From positions 1 to 43,276 of the forward strand of contig JAADVB010000163.1 in assembly GCA_023334545.1 (NCBI GenBank): a DNA stretch of 43,276 nucleotides, read 5' to 3'. This document shows positions 11,575 through 21,519 of the stretch, in pieces. The notes under the pieces were generated by a model. The model searched no databases. It saw nothing but the letters and a program-made list of their open reading frames with translations, and was not told the DNA's origin. The translations under genes were made by a program, and so were the position numbers. This DNA comes from Salisapilia sapeloensis CBS 127946 (lineage: Eukaryota > Protista > Oomycota). Position 1 is the first letter of the stretch. Each line of letters starts with the position of its first letter.

Positions 11575-13334
11575 ATGGACGACGGAGTCGAGGCCGAGTT
11601 GCGCGAGCAGGTGCGAGTTATGACCCGCCAGTACCACGAGATGACTCGCCAGCGAGACAGCTTCCGTAGAAAATACGAACGGCTGAAGCGGAACTACGAC
11701 CTGCTTTACCAGCGAGAGCAGCGGCGATCAGGAGCTGCCGCTTCGAGCGTACGTTTTCCTGCCCAACGCTACTGCCAATGTAAAGTTAAAGACGTAACAA
11801 CCGACTATAGACGATGCCTACTTCTGCCATATATACACCTGCTTCGCCAACGAATAGGGCAGATCCTAGTTCGATAAACTCTCCTCGCGGTCCTCGTCCC
11901 GTTGACTCGCTCCGGACGACCCGCACTCGTATAAATCTCCGTCGACCGAGGGTCTCCACTGCTCAAGCTTCATCCATTCGACGTCGCCGAACATCCAGCG
12001 CGAACGTACGCCTACCTTTGAATGCATGAAGAGTAAAAGTACTGACAAGACTTTGTTCACTTGTAGGAAGAGGACATCATCGACCTAACGAGTCCGACGA
12101 ACGATGACGTAGGATCTACGAACACAGATAGTCTCACTACAACCGGTTCCTCTACTCGGGAAACCAGTGGTGTCATCAGTCGGGCTTCTCGAGGCTCATC
12201 TTACGCCGATATGAGGGCGAGAAGTGAACGGCGTACCGCAGCGTGGCAAGCGGAGCAGGAGGAGAAAGCAGAAGAGCCGTGGCATGCGCTTGCGGATCAA
12301 GAGCAGAGACTGGACGATCGTATCCAGCGGGTGCAGGAGAGCTTCCGGTCCAACACTTCCACCTCATCCTCTCCTCGCTCTGCCTATCCACATCTCCCAA
12401 TGCGATCTCGCGACCGAAGTGGCACTAGATTTTCATACTACACATCTGACCGAACTCATGATCGGCCGACTTCTTCCTTCTCTGAAGTATGGGCTAGAAA
12501 TTCGTTCTCTCACGACAGGGTTCCAACGACGACTTCTTCCTTCTCTGAAGTATGGGCTAGGAATTCGTTTTCACACGACAGGATCCCAACGACTGCTTCT
12601 TCCGACAGACCCACGCAGGATGACACAGTAGAAAGCATCAGTAGGGTCAGGACGCCTTCTGGAGATGACGAAAGCGCGTCGATTAGTCTTGCCATTCGTC
12701 TTCAGCAGGAGGAATTTGAGGTATTTTTCATAGCTGCTCCGTTGATTGTGTAAGGAAACTAAAGTCTGCTTTTAGGAGAGCTGGCAACATGCACACAGCC
12801 TCGGAAGTGACCCATCGAGTAGCTTGACGGACTACCTACGTTCGTTGACGAGACGGACACCCACGTCGTATCTTGAAGAGCACAGTCACCAATCGAGCGC
12901 GTGGACTCCGAGTAGATTTTCACAGCCTAATAGGCCGTCCGGGCTTTCTTCTCGACTGAGAAGCGTGCTGGGTATGGGCGACATGGACTACGATGAAATG
13001 ATGCAGTTGGAGGAAGAAATGGGGGATGTCAGCGCCGAGAGATGGAGGCAACAGGCACCGGACATAATTTCGGAACTGCCCACACGTAAGTACGGCTCCT
13101 CCGGCGAGAGCGACACCTTTTGCGTCGTGTGCCAAGAGAACTACAAGAAAGATGAAACCGTCCTTACGCTTCCCTGTGCTCATCTCTTCCATGAAGGTGC
13201 AGCTCTGATCTAGCAATAAGTCTGCATGTATGTATTAACTCTATTTGCTAGGCTGCGTGCGTCTGTGGGTGCTTAACCACAACAGCTGCCCTATATGCAA
13301 GCGCAAGGTTTCCGAAACTTCTCCTGCCGCCTAG
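11575..13334 (+). CDS. RING-H2 E3 ubiquitin ligase with N-terminal coiled coil, SIM-like and MIU-like motifs; 5 exons
   Basis: Phase-compatible GT-AG splicing joins four ORF-track fragments. C-terminal CVVC-x-CAHLFHEGCVRLW-x-CPIC (C3H2C3), preceded by MDYDEMMQLEEEMGDVS, a pre-RING motif like that of BIG BROTHER/MBR-type ligases. TAG at 13332-13334. Confidence 0.87.
12468..12603 (+). repeat. Intragenic 63-bp tandem repeat, 2 full copies plus a partial third (21 aa TSSFSEVWARNSFSHDR[V/I]PTT)
   Basis: GACTTCTTCCTTCTCTGAAGTATGGGCTAG starts at both 12468 and 12531. The copies differ at only a few positions. Confidence 0.95.
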
Positions 13335-13400
13335 GTCTAGTACCCATTCGACTAGCAACTTGCGAAGCAAGGAAGAATTCAGATCACTTTTTTGATGGGC

Positions 13401-15481
13401 TTACTCTTCGTACCGGAAGCGCTCGAGCGTCTGAAACAGACTCTTGCCCTTCCCTTTTTCTATTTTACTCTCGCTCTCCGGCTCCTCCGGCGTCTCCTGC
13501 ACCAGCTCTCCAATAGTCTTCTTCTTCTCTGGTGTCCCGAACTTTTTCTTGTACGCAAACTTGGTCAACGTCCGAGTCGAACGCTTCTCCACTACGCCCG
13601 TGTGGACACTTGACGCTTTTCTCTTCTTGCTCTGCATGGCCGATCGAGCCATCATTCGTTCAAATGCCGTCTCCCGCTTTCCTTCGGTTGCTAACGGCTC
13701 GTTCTCTTTGGCCATGGCAGGAGACAAGGAGACTCCGGTAGCCACGTCCTTTTCCTTGGCTTCCTGACTCTCGAACGCTGACACGGAGCTCTCTTGGGAC
13801 GCGGAAAAGTACTTGCTCACACTCTTGGTCTCTGTTTTCTCTTGAACCATCCTGCTCTTGTACGTCTGCATGAACTCGGACGGCAGGCGAGTGGCAAACT
13901 TTCTTTCTGGCGGAGGAGCAGAAGACGCTTTCTGTTTTGGTCCTGTCGTCTGCACAGTGGAAGGTGTCGTTTGCTTCGTTTTCGTCGTCTGTACAGTGGA
14001 AGAAATCGTGGTTCGCTGTGTTGCTGTCGTCTGCATAGTGGAGGATAAGTTTTGCGCTGGAGGCTGGTGGCGAGAACCTATCTGGGGAAGAGGAGAGGGA
14101 GGAAAAGGATCGTGGCTGATGGGGTCTATGTCGCCCATTGCAATGCCTCTTGCCGTGTCTGCTGGCAAGTCTGCTCCGAGGAAGTCCAGGTCATCATATT
14201 CGTCCTCCAGGCCTTGGGGAAACGGTGCCAACGGGACTAGGCACTACTCGGCAGCAATGAGACGTGGTCAGACAGGTCTTGACGGTATAAGAGATTACCT
14301 GCTTCTTTGGGTCGTATACACGTTGGTGACAAAAGGTCAGACGCGCTCTTCGGAAGTCTGCTTCATAAGACGGAGGCAGTTTGGCTTTGCCCTCTAACTT
14401 GAGTTTTCTTAAGATCTATTCTGTGTTCAATACCACAATACATGGCATAAATGTACAACCAGGTACCTTAGGAAGAGTCCTGTGTTCTTTGATGGCTGTA
14501 TATGCTCTCTTGAGACCGAAGCCTGGGATACTCTTTAGGTAGTCACAGCCAGAGAAGATGCACATTTCCAGGAACTAGAGTTGAAAGCAAGTGAGCTTCA
14601 TATATGGTACATAGTCAAATAATACTGCGATCACCATATCAGACGTGAACATGTGGAAGCGCAGTCCCGTATTCTTCTTTAAATCCTCCGTCCGAATCTC
14701 TTGACCGACACCATCGGACGCTAATTTAAACAGCACCGTGGAGCAACCAAATGCGAGGCAATCGGAATCTTCCGTCACGACAGCATCCACTATGCCGTTT
14801 TGTATCAAGAACGCAAGCTGGGCGTCGGCTTCGTACGGAGCGACAACGTACTGTATGCCTCGCTCTCGAAGCACCTGAATGACACGATGCGCCATCAGTG
14901 GAGACACATCCACTGCTCTGACGAAATACTTGCGAGCTTCTGCATACTGCCCTCGCTCGAACAAGGCCATTCCTTTTTCCTTATTTTGCTTTCTCGATCT
15001 ATGTTAATTCCATTCAATGCGACTGTTAGAGCAAGCCAATGTGCATCAACAAGCAACAGCGGCTCACTTTCGACGCTCTTCTTCCGTTGACTTCTTCATC
15101 GGAAGCCGGCCGCCGTCAAATACAATGTATGGAGTGACACCAGCCTTGCGCATCATCTCCACTTGATCCATAAAGTAGTACAAGTATCTACGCTGCTGTC
15201 ACTATTGTCATTCTTATCATCCTTATTTGATGCTATACATACTTGTCAGTTGGTTCACCCATGCACAGCTCCTGTGGACAACTATATGTAGCACGATGCA
15301 GCCTACAACAGAGCAATGATAGTAAATTGTCAAAGTACTGTCATGCACCGGATGAAGGGCAGCGCATAATAGATAGGTACCAGCAATATCCATCCACCGC
15401 AAGCGTCTGTCCTCTATAGTGCTCCAGCGACTTGGCGGTCGTGATGCTCTTGAGCGCTGGCAAGAGACCACTGATGCCCAT
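13401..15481 (-). CDS. EXO1: Exonuclease 1 (XPG/FEN1 family); 7 exons
   Basis: MGISGLLP start, [56 protein letters not shown] (H3TH), FCHQRVYDP, then a long disordered tail. TAA at 13401-13403. Confidence 0.94.
13945..14044 (-). repeat. Three imperfect 39-42-bp coding repeats (ST[M/V]QTT units) in the EXO1 tail
   Basis: Plus-strand GTCGTCTG[C/T]A[C/T]AGTGGA[A/G]G at 13945, 13984 and 14026. Confidence 0.85.
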
Positions 15482-15536
15482 CTCTAGTCCGCCTCGTCAC
15501 GATTTGTTGCGGTGACCTGGCTTACTCAGTTCAAGA

Positions 15537-15552
15537 CAATTTCGAAATGAGC
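15537..15552 (-). promoter_or_regulatory. Oomycete INR/FPR-like core promoter element upstream of EXO1
   Basis: Minus strand reads GCTCATTTCGAAATTG, a near match to the Phytophthora-type GCTCATTYBNNNWTTY consensus, 56-71 bp upstream of the ATG. Confidence 0.55.
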
Positions 15553-15622
15553 TTACACTTGCTTTCAGTAAGAGCCAAGCGCGCCAAAAACTACGACGCG
15601 GATTCGATCTTGAAGAGTCACC

Positions 15623-16300
15623 ATGGTAACAGAGCATGAAGATTCGTATCTGACCCGAGCTTCTGCCTTGATTGGCAGCTTGGTTGCGGCAGACGTCGTC
15701 ATCAACTCATGCTACGAGTATGCTGAGCTAGGTGAAGATATGAGTGACACGAAGAAAAGTTTCCTTCCAAAGTACGTCACATGATCTTACCCGAGGCGAA
15801 AGGATCGTATCAATGAATCCGGTGCAGTCTACAGCTTACCATTCAAATGGGCATGATGATGGCTACGTTCATACTCTTGATGAGAACTGTCATCTTCCAA
15901 AGCGGTTTATTTAGCATTCTTGTCCAACAATTTCGCAGCGCTTTTATCTTTCCACCAGTCTACTGCCTCACCACCGTCATACTCATGTTCACCCACGCAC
16001 GTCTTAGATTGCATCGACTGCATTTAAAATGAGTCTCATCTAAACTATTTTTTGGCATGATAGGAGGCGCAGCCAACAAGACTTTTTCCGTCGCCAATGC
16101 TCGTCACTCTTAGAATAACTTACAAGATCGGTACGCCCTTCCACCATACCACTCTACGGATCCCACCTCTTTCCCATTAACGCTCGCAATGCTCCCAACC
16201 AGCTTCTATCCTCTGCTATATGTCCATCGTGTCATGCCTCACCCGCCTCCGCCAAGCGAAGCTCTACTCCCTCGATCACTGGCTAGATACACCGCTCTAG
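15623..16300 (+). CDS. TMEM138: Transmembrane protein 138 (ciliary); 4 exons
   Basis: Spliced product: ADVVINSCYE ... TVIFQSGLFSILVQQFRSAFIFPPVY (compare vertebrate [26 protein letters not shown], recalled) ... KIASILCYMSIVSCLTRLRQAKLYSLDHW. TAG at 16298-16300. Confidence 0.8.
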
Positions 16301-16370
16301 TCAGTCAACCCACAACGTCATAAAGTCGTTTGCTTCCACAAAAAATGTTTATGTGTTCTTAAGAGACCTA

Positions 16371-17480
16371 TCAACGCTGAAAATCCTCAATGTTCCACTC
16401 CATCTTTGTCTGTCCTTCCCTAGCCGTCAGCAGTTCCACACCGTCTTCCGTCACGAGCATCGTGTGTTCAAACTGAGCACTCCGCTTGCCATCCACCGTC
16501 ACAGACGTCCAGTCGTCCGGCCACGTCTGGTCCCGCCACGAACCAACGTTGATCATCGGCTCTATGGTGAAGATGTGACCAGGCTTCATGATACCCACGG
16601 CCTTGTTCTTAGCATAGTGAGGGACGTTCGGGGCGCAGTGGAAGAGCGGTCCGACGCCATGGCCACAGTACGTCTTCACGACGGAATAGTCCTCTGCGTT
16701 GGCCACCTTGCTAATGTGCTTTCCGAGCTCTCGGTACATGGTGCCTGGACGCACTTTTTCAACGGCAGCACGAAGACTTTCAAACGCCGTGCGGACGAGG
16801 TTGACACCTTCTTCATCGACGTTGCCGACGAGGAACGTTTCGTTCAAATCGGCGTGGAAGCCGTCCTTGTAGACAGAAATGTCCAGATTGACAATGTCTC
16901 CGTCTTCAAAAGGACGATCGTCTGGGATTCCGTGGCAAATGACTTCATTCACACTGACGCAAACGGATTTGGGGAAATTGTAATAGTTCAGAGGAGACGG
17001 ATAGCAGCCTCTCTCCATGCAAGCTTCGTGCACCACGCGGTCAACTTCGTCGCCGGTAACACCGACGGCCACTGCTTTTCCAGCAATATCCAGTACTTCT
17101 CTTCCCAGCCGACAAACCCTGCGGATACCGTCGATCTGCTCTGGACTGTATTGGACGAGCTTCCCACCTTCCTTTTGCTCTGTCGTCGGGATACCTGTTT
17201 TCCAGTGGTCTGGCTTTGGGATATGGTCTGGCACGGTGACCATGGGCGATACTTTTCCTGGTCGCAACGGTCCTGTGAATGGGTAGCCGTCAAAGGCATT
17301 CGACTTTTGCTGCTCGGCAGCCTGAGAAAACATCTTATGGAGCGCCTTGTGGGAAGACCAGGCACCTTTGAAGCAGTCCTGAGAGCAGAATGAGCTCATA
17401 GATGGAGGGATTCCGAGCTTCTTGCATGTCGGACACACAAGAGTTCCCTTTTTACCGCAATTCTCTGCCTGGCATTCCAT
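16371..17480 (-). CDS. METAP1: Methionine aminopeptidase 1 (type Ib, N-terminal zinc fingers); intronless
   Basis: CPTC...FCSQDCFKGAWSSHKALH zinc fingers, PSPLNYYNFPKSVCVSVNEVICHGIPD, NLDISVY, HADLNETF, GHGVG, FTIEPMIN, SAQFEHT. Confidence 0.96.
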   Translation of the reverse strand: MECQAENCGKKGTLVCPTCKKLGIPPSMSSFCSQDCFKGAWSSHKALHKMFSQAAEQQKSNAFDGYPFTGPLRPGKVSPMVTVPDHIPKPDHWKTGIPTTEQKEGGKLVQYSPEQIDGIRRVCRLGREVLDIAGKAVAVGVTGDEVDRVVHEACMERGCYPSPLNYYNFPKSVCVSVNEVICHGIPDDRPFEDGDIVNLDISVYKDGFHADLNETFLVGNVDEEGVNLVRTAFESLRAAVEKVRPGTMYRELGKHISKVANAEDYSVVKTYCGHGVGPLFHCAPNVPHYAKNKAVGIMKPGHIFTIEPMINVGSWRDQTWPDDWTSVTVDGKRSAQFEHTMLVTEDGVELLTAREGQTKMEWNIEDFQR

Positions 17481-17563
17481 TTTCCCTTCTGTGTCTTATC
17501 TGCCTTTCGCTTAGTAGCCATTCCATCATGAGACAGGACCAGTTAGATCTTGAATAGTTGTTT

Positions 17564-17573
17564 GCTCACTTTC
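17564..17573 (+). promoter_or_regulatory. INR-like element upstream of the Slo channel gene
   Basis: GCTCACTTTC (YCAYTYY match) about 40 bp upstream of ATG 17611. Confidence 0.5.
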
Positions 17574-17610
17574 GTCCTGCGTGGCGTGAAACGCCCAGCG
17601 ACTAGGAAGC

Positions 17611-20600
17611 ATGACTGATTATGCTGCACTGGTCACTCCAGGGTCACGTAAAAGAGGTTTCGACTCTACGTTTTACCCGAATGGACTTCTCAACAAGGTA
17701 TTCTTTTATTTATTAATAACCTACATAGCCCTCTCGCTGGCGCCCATTTCTGACCAAGACGAACTTATACAATGAAGGCGACGCGTATCACTGGAGCTGA
17801 AATTTACCAGCCAACGCTACAAGAGCGAGTCCGGAGGCTACTTGGTGGATATACTGGTCTTTTGCTGGAAATGCTCAACTTTCTCTTCAGTATAGGACTG
17901 TTTTTCGTCTACGTTGCCGAGGTACACTTCGCAGAATCCATCTTGCATATTGCATGGAGAAAACTTTGTTGGACTAGTATACACTCACTTGCTTTCATCA
18001 TAGCTATACGTGCCAGAGCTAGAAGACTCGGCGGGGTGTAGAATAGCAGAGCTAGTGCTAGTTCTTTTCTTCCTCTTTGACTTGGTACAGTTTTCCATCC
18101 AACGCTTTACATACGAACACAAGCTAACGCTTTATATTGCCCAGATACTGCATTTAATTGCCGCAATTAATCCGTTGCGCTACTTACTCACAATTTCCGG
18201 AGTTGTCGATGTTGTGACAATATTTCCACCGCTCATCGTTGTACGCACAGTATGGTATTCGTAAGTATTCGCGTGTCATTCATACATGTCTGCTTTGTAG
18301 TTTGCAGCACCAAATGGAACCTCAGAAGTCCTGGTACTACTACGCGCGCTTCGTGTTTTCCGAGCGTTAAGGGTTCGGCGGCTGAAGCGAGTGCTTGGTC
18401 GACGCGACAGACCTTTTCGATATGAGGTAGCTATATTCTTATATGAGTCTTCTTGAGCAACATTGTCACGCTTTATATGTCCTGTGTGGCTATCATAGCT
18501 GATTGCTTTTCTACTATCTTCAATTGCTGCCGTCTTATGTGCGGCGGGAATATACTATCAACTTGAAGATGGCCATGGTTCTCAGTTTGAATTTCACGAC
18601 TCTTTATACTTTATCCTGGTCTCGATCTCCACCGTTGGTAAGCGCTTATGTACCCAAACGCATCTAGCAACAGTGTTTTACGGAGCCTTTTCTATAGGCT
18701 ATGGCGACATGAGCCCAAACACTCTTTACGGCAAGATATTTGTCATACTCTTGATCGTTGGCATCTTTACATTCGTGCCTCAACAAGTCAGCAAGCTGAA
18801 CGATCTTGCCAAACATACACACTCTTGGGATGAATCCTATAGTCGCATATCCAACTTTAATGGCCACGTCATCGTCGCTGGACCCATGCTTACTTTTAAA
18901 AGTGTTGAAGACTTTCTAACGGAGTTTTACCACGAAACCAGAGGATCAATCCACCTGGATGTCGTCTTTGTCGGAATCAATCCTCCCGACCCCAGTGTCG
19001 TAAAGCTACTTGATCGTGAACGCTTTCGTCGTCGCACATGCTACCTCAAAGGCTCGCTAAGCTCATTTGGTGACCAGCAAAGGTGCCAGCTTTCTGAAAG
19101 CGTGGCGGTCTTCCTACTATCTGACCAAGAGAACACGAATACACACGCCATGGACAAGCTTCTACTCGATGCACTAGCTGTCCGTAACGCTTTTCGCACC
19201 GGTGATGACCAGCCTGAACTTTACTTGGACTTTCAAGCGCATCAGCAGCATCAACTTGGTTTACTGGGAATGATCAACGCATATGTGCTTGACCGATCAA
19301 ATCTCCAGACACAAATTCTAGCAAAAGCCGCAACATGCCCAGGAAGCGGGACTTTACTTGCCAACTTGCTTCGCTCCAGCTCTCGATCGCCATACAAAGA
19401 GGAGATAGGACAAACTGATGCTTGGGTGGAAGAGGTGAGTCTCAATATCGACGATCTGTAAATATCTTTATGCGCTGGATACTGAAAACGCTGTAGTATG
19501 TTCATGGCTTGACCAACCAAATCTTCCCTGTTGTGCTTGATGAAAGGTTTGAGGATGAACCATTTGAAGATGCTGCAAAGTACTTTTACCAGCATTATAG
19601 CGTTTTATTCATCGGTCTTTGCAATGATTACAGAGACGAGTGCGCAGCGCGTGATACAGAAGAGAAGAAGGGCGGAAAGCAGGTGGGCATCCGACTCGCC
19701 CCTTTTGGCGTTAGGCTCCATCGCGGGTACGTCCTAGCACAATTATCAAAATGTCTTTTACCCACAAATGTATATTTCCACCAGGGACAAAGCGATAGTT
19801 ATCGCACCTGACTCTACTACTATCGTGAAGCTTATGAGCTCGTATCATACTGATGGCTGTGCACTTGATTTTGAAAGGCTTAATGCTATGACGGCAAACA
19901 TCAGAGTTTCTACAGACAGCTTAATACGTCGCCAAACGCCATTTAGTCGTTCATCAGTTTCCTCTTTGTATCCAACACTGAGCGATATATTCGGGTCGTC
20001 GAGTAGCCCAGAAAATGATCCTTCACCGTCAAAAGTTGCAAGCAAAGGATCAACTGACGTGGAGGTAGACGAAAGTAATCAAGCTGAATCAGAGCATGTC
20101 CAAGATCCTAATAATGTCGTACAAGAAGTATCTGTCCGAGAATGTATACGAGCCGAGACCCGTGATCTCAGTGGTCATTTCGTAATAGCTTCTAGCGATC
20201 TAAAAGCATCAGTAAGTCTATGTGCTGAAATTCGACAGCTTCTAGTGCAAAATAAAACCGCAAGCCCTTCAAACAACTCTACTACTCCGAATCTCACTAC
20301 CCAAGCGCAGACGACTACTCAGGAAGACGCACAATTTGTCTTACTTACCCGGTCCCTAACTGATGTGGAGAATACAGCGAATGAAATGAAAGATGAAGGT
20401 ATAGCCATTTCTGACTATCTCGCTCATTTGGCGATTGTAAAAGGTGATGCAGCACACTTGGATACATTCAAACGTGTTGCGGCTTCCAAAGCGCGTGCTG
20501 TGCTGCTCTTGCCTGAACGTCTAAGCTGCAATGGTAACCCAGACACTACCACACATCCGAAGCGAGAGTGCCAAGACCCAGGTTCCGTCGTATGGGAATC

Positions 20601-21426
20601 TAACAGGGATATCCATACGATCAATGCGTTGTGGTCTCTTAAGTCGCATGAGCTTTATGAACCGTTTAAAAGTCGTTGTGGCTCCTCGTCGCTTATCCAA
20701 CGTTCGCATTCAATGGCGTCGCCAAGAAAGCAGCCTCCAAGTGGAAGTGTTGGCTTTAACAATACCGCAAATCGATATCGTCATGATGAAAGTTCTACAG
20801 AGGATAAAAAAGCTTCAGGTCACATTTTTTTGGCGAGGATCTCGAGAGCGATTTCAAATGCCCTTGAACGTGATGATGACAATACACAAGCGTCGACGGC
20901 TAGACGAAGTCGTTTCACGTCAGAAGCACAGAGAGATCTGTCACAGCGTCCAACACGTGATCCTGCCACGAATCGAAGCCACCAAATTGCTGTCCTTCAT
21001 GATGTATCTAGCATCAAGTATTGTTGGCCAGTAAGCAATGGAGTAGACCCTGAAGCTAATCCGTATTTATCGCCTGCCTTTGCGGAAGGGCAGGCCTTTA
21101 TGTGTAGCGTTATGGATCAAATGACCTGCCAATTATTTTTCAACCCTTATATTGTCGACGTGATCGAGGCACTAACCGGTAGTACGGGCCCAGATTTGGG
21201 TGTGGCTGGAGCGGCAGGATCTTTGTCCAGAGTTGAAATTGATGATGAGTTTTATGGTGATATTTACCTATCACTTTTCCTTTACTACTTGCAAAACCAT
21301 AAACTAGTGCTCGGATTGATGCGCAACGTACACCCAGACCTCGAGAATGAGCTTCCTTTCGTCTATACATGCCCAGCGCATGATACTATCATACACAAGG
21401 GCGATTCCGTATTCGTGCTTAGCTAA
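17611..21426 (+). CDS. Slo/BK-family 6TM potassium channel with RCK gating ring; about 9 exons
   Basis: S1-S6 reconstructed across introns. S4 LLRALRVFRALRVRRLKR. Filter STVGYGD is split by an intron inside the first Gly codon (18638-18697). RCK1 GHVIVAG...YLKGS...AVFLL and RCK2 GHFVIA...IVKGDA...AFAEGQAF. The start is uncertain (17611, 17681 or 17772). Confidence 0.88.
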
Positions 21427-21519
21427 GTTTCTAGATGCCTTTGATAAATTTTTATTTCAAATTATGCTTTAAATCGCCTTCTTAACTTTCTTTCTGCATC
21501 ATGCTTAGACAATTTCTAT

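Noticed and set aside
12468-12603. Repeat considered as a CRISPR-like array
   Set aside because: In-frame coding tandem duplication with no unique spacers, in a eukaryotic gene, and no cas genes nearby.
16353-17393. 346-aa plus-strand ORF
   Set aside because: It lies antisense to METAP1 over almost its whole length and has no recognisable motifs. It is best explained as a shadow of codon bias on the real strand.
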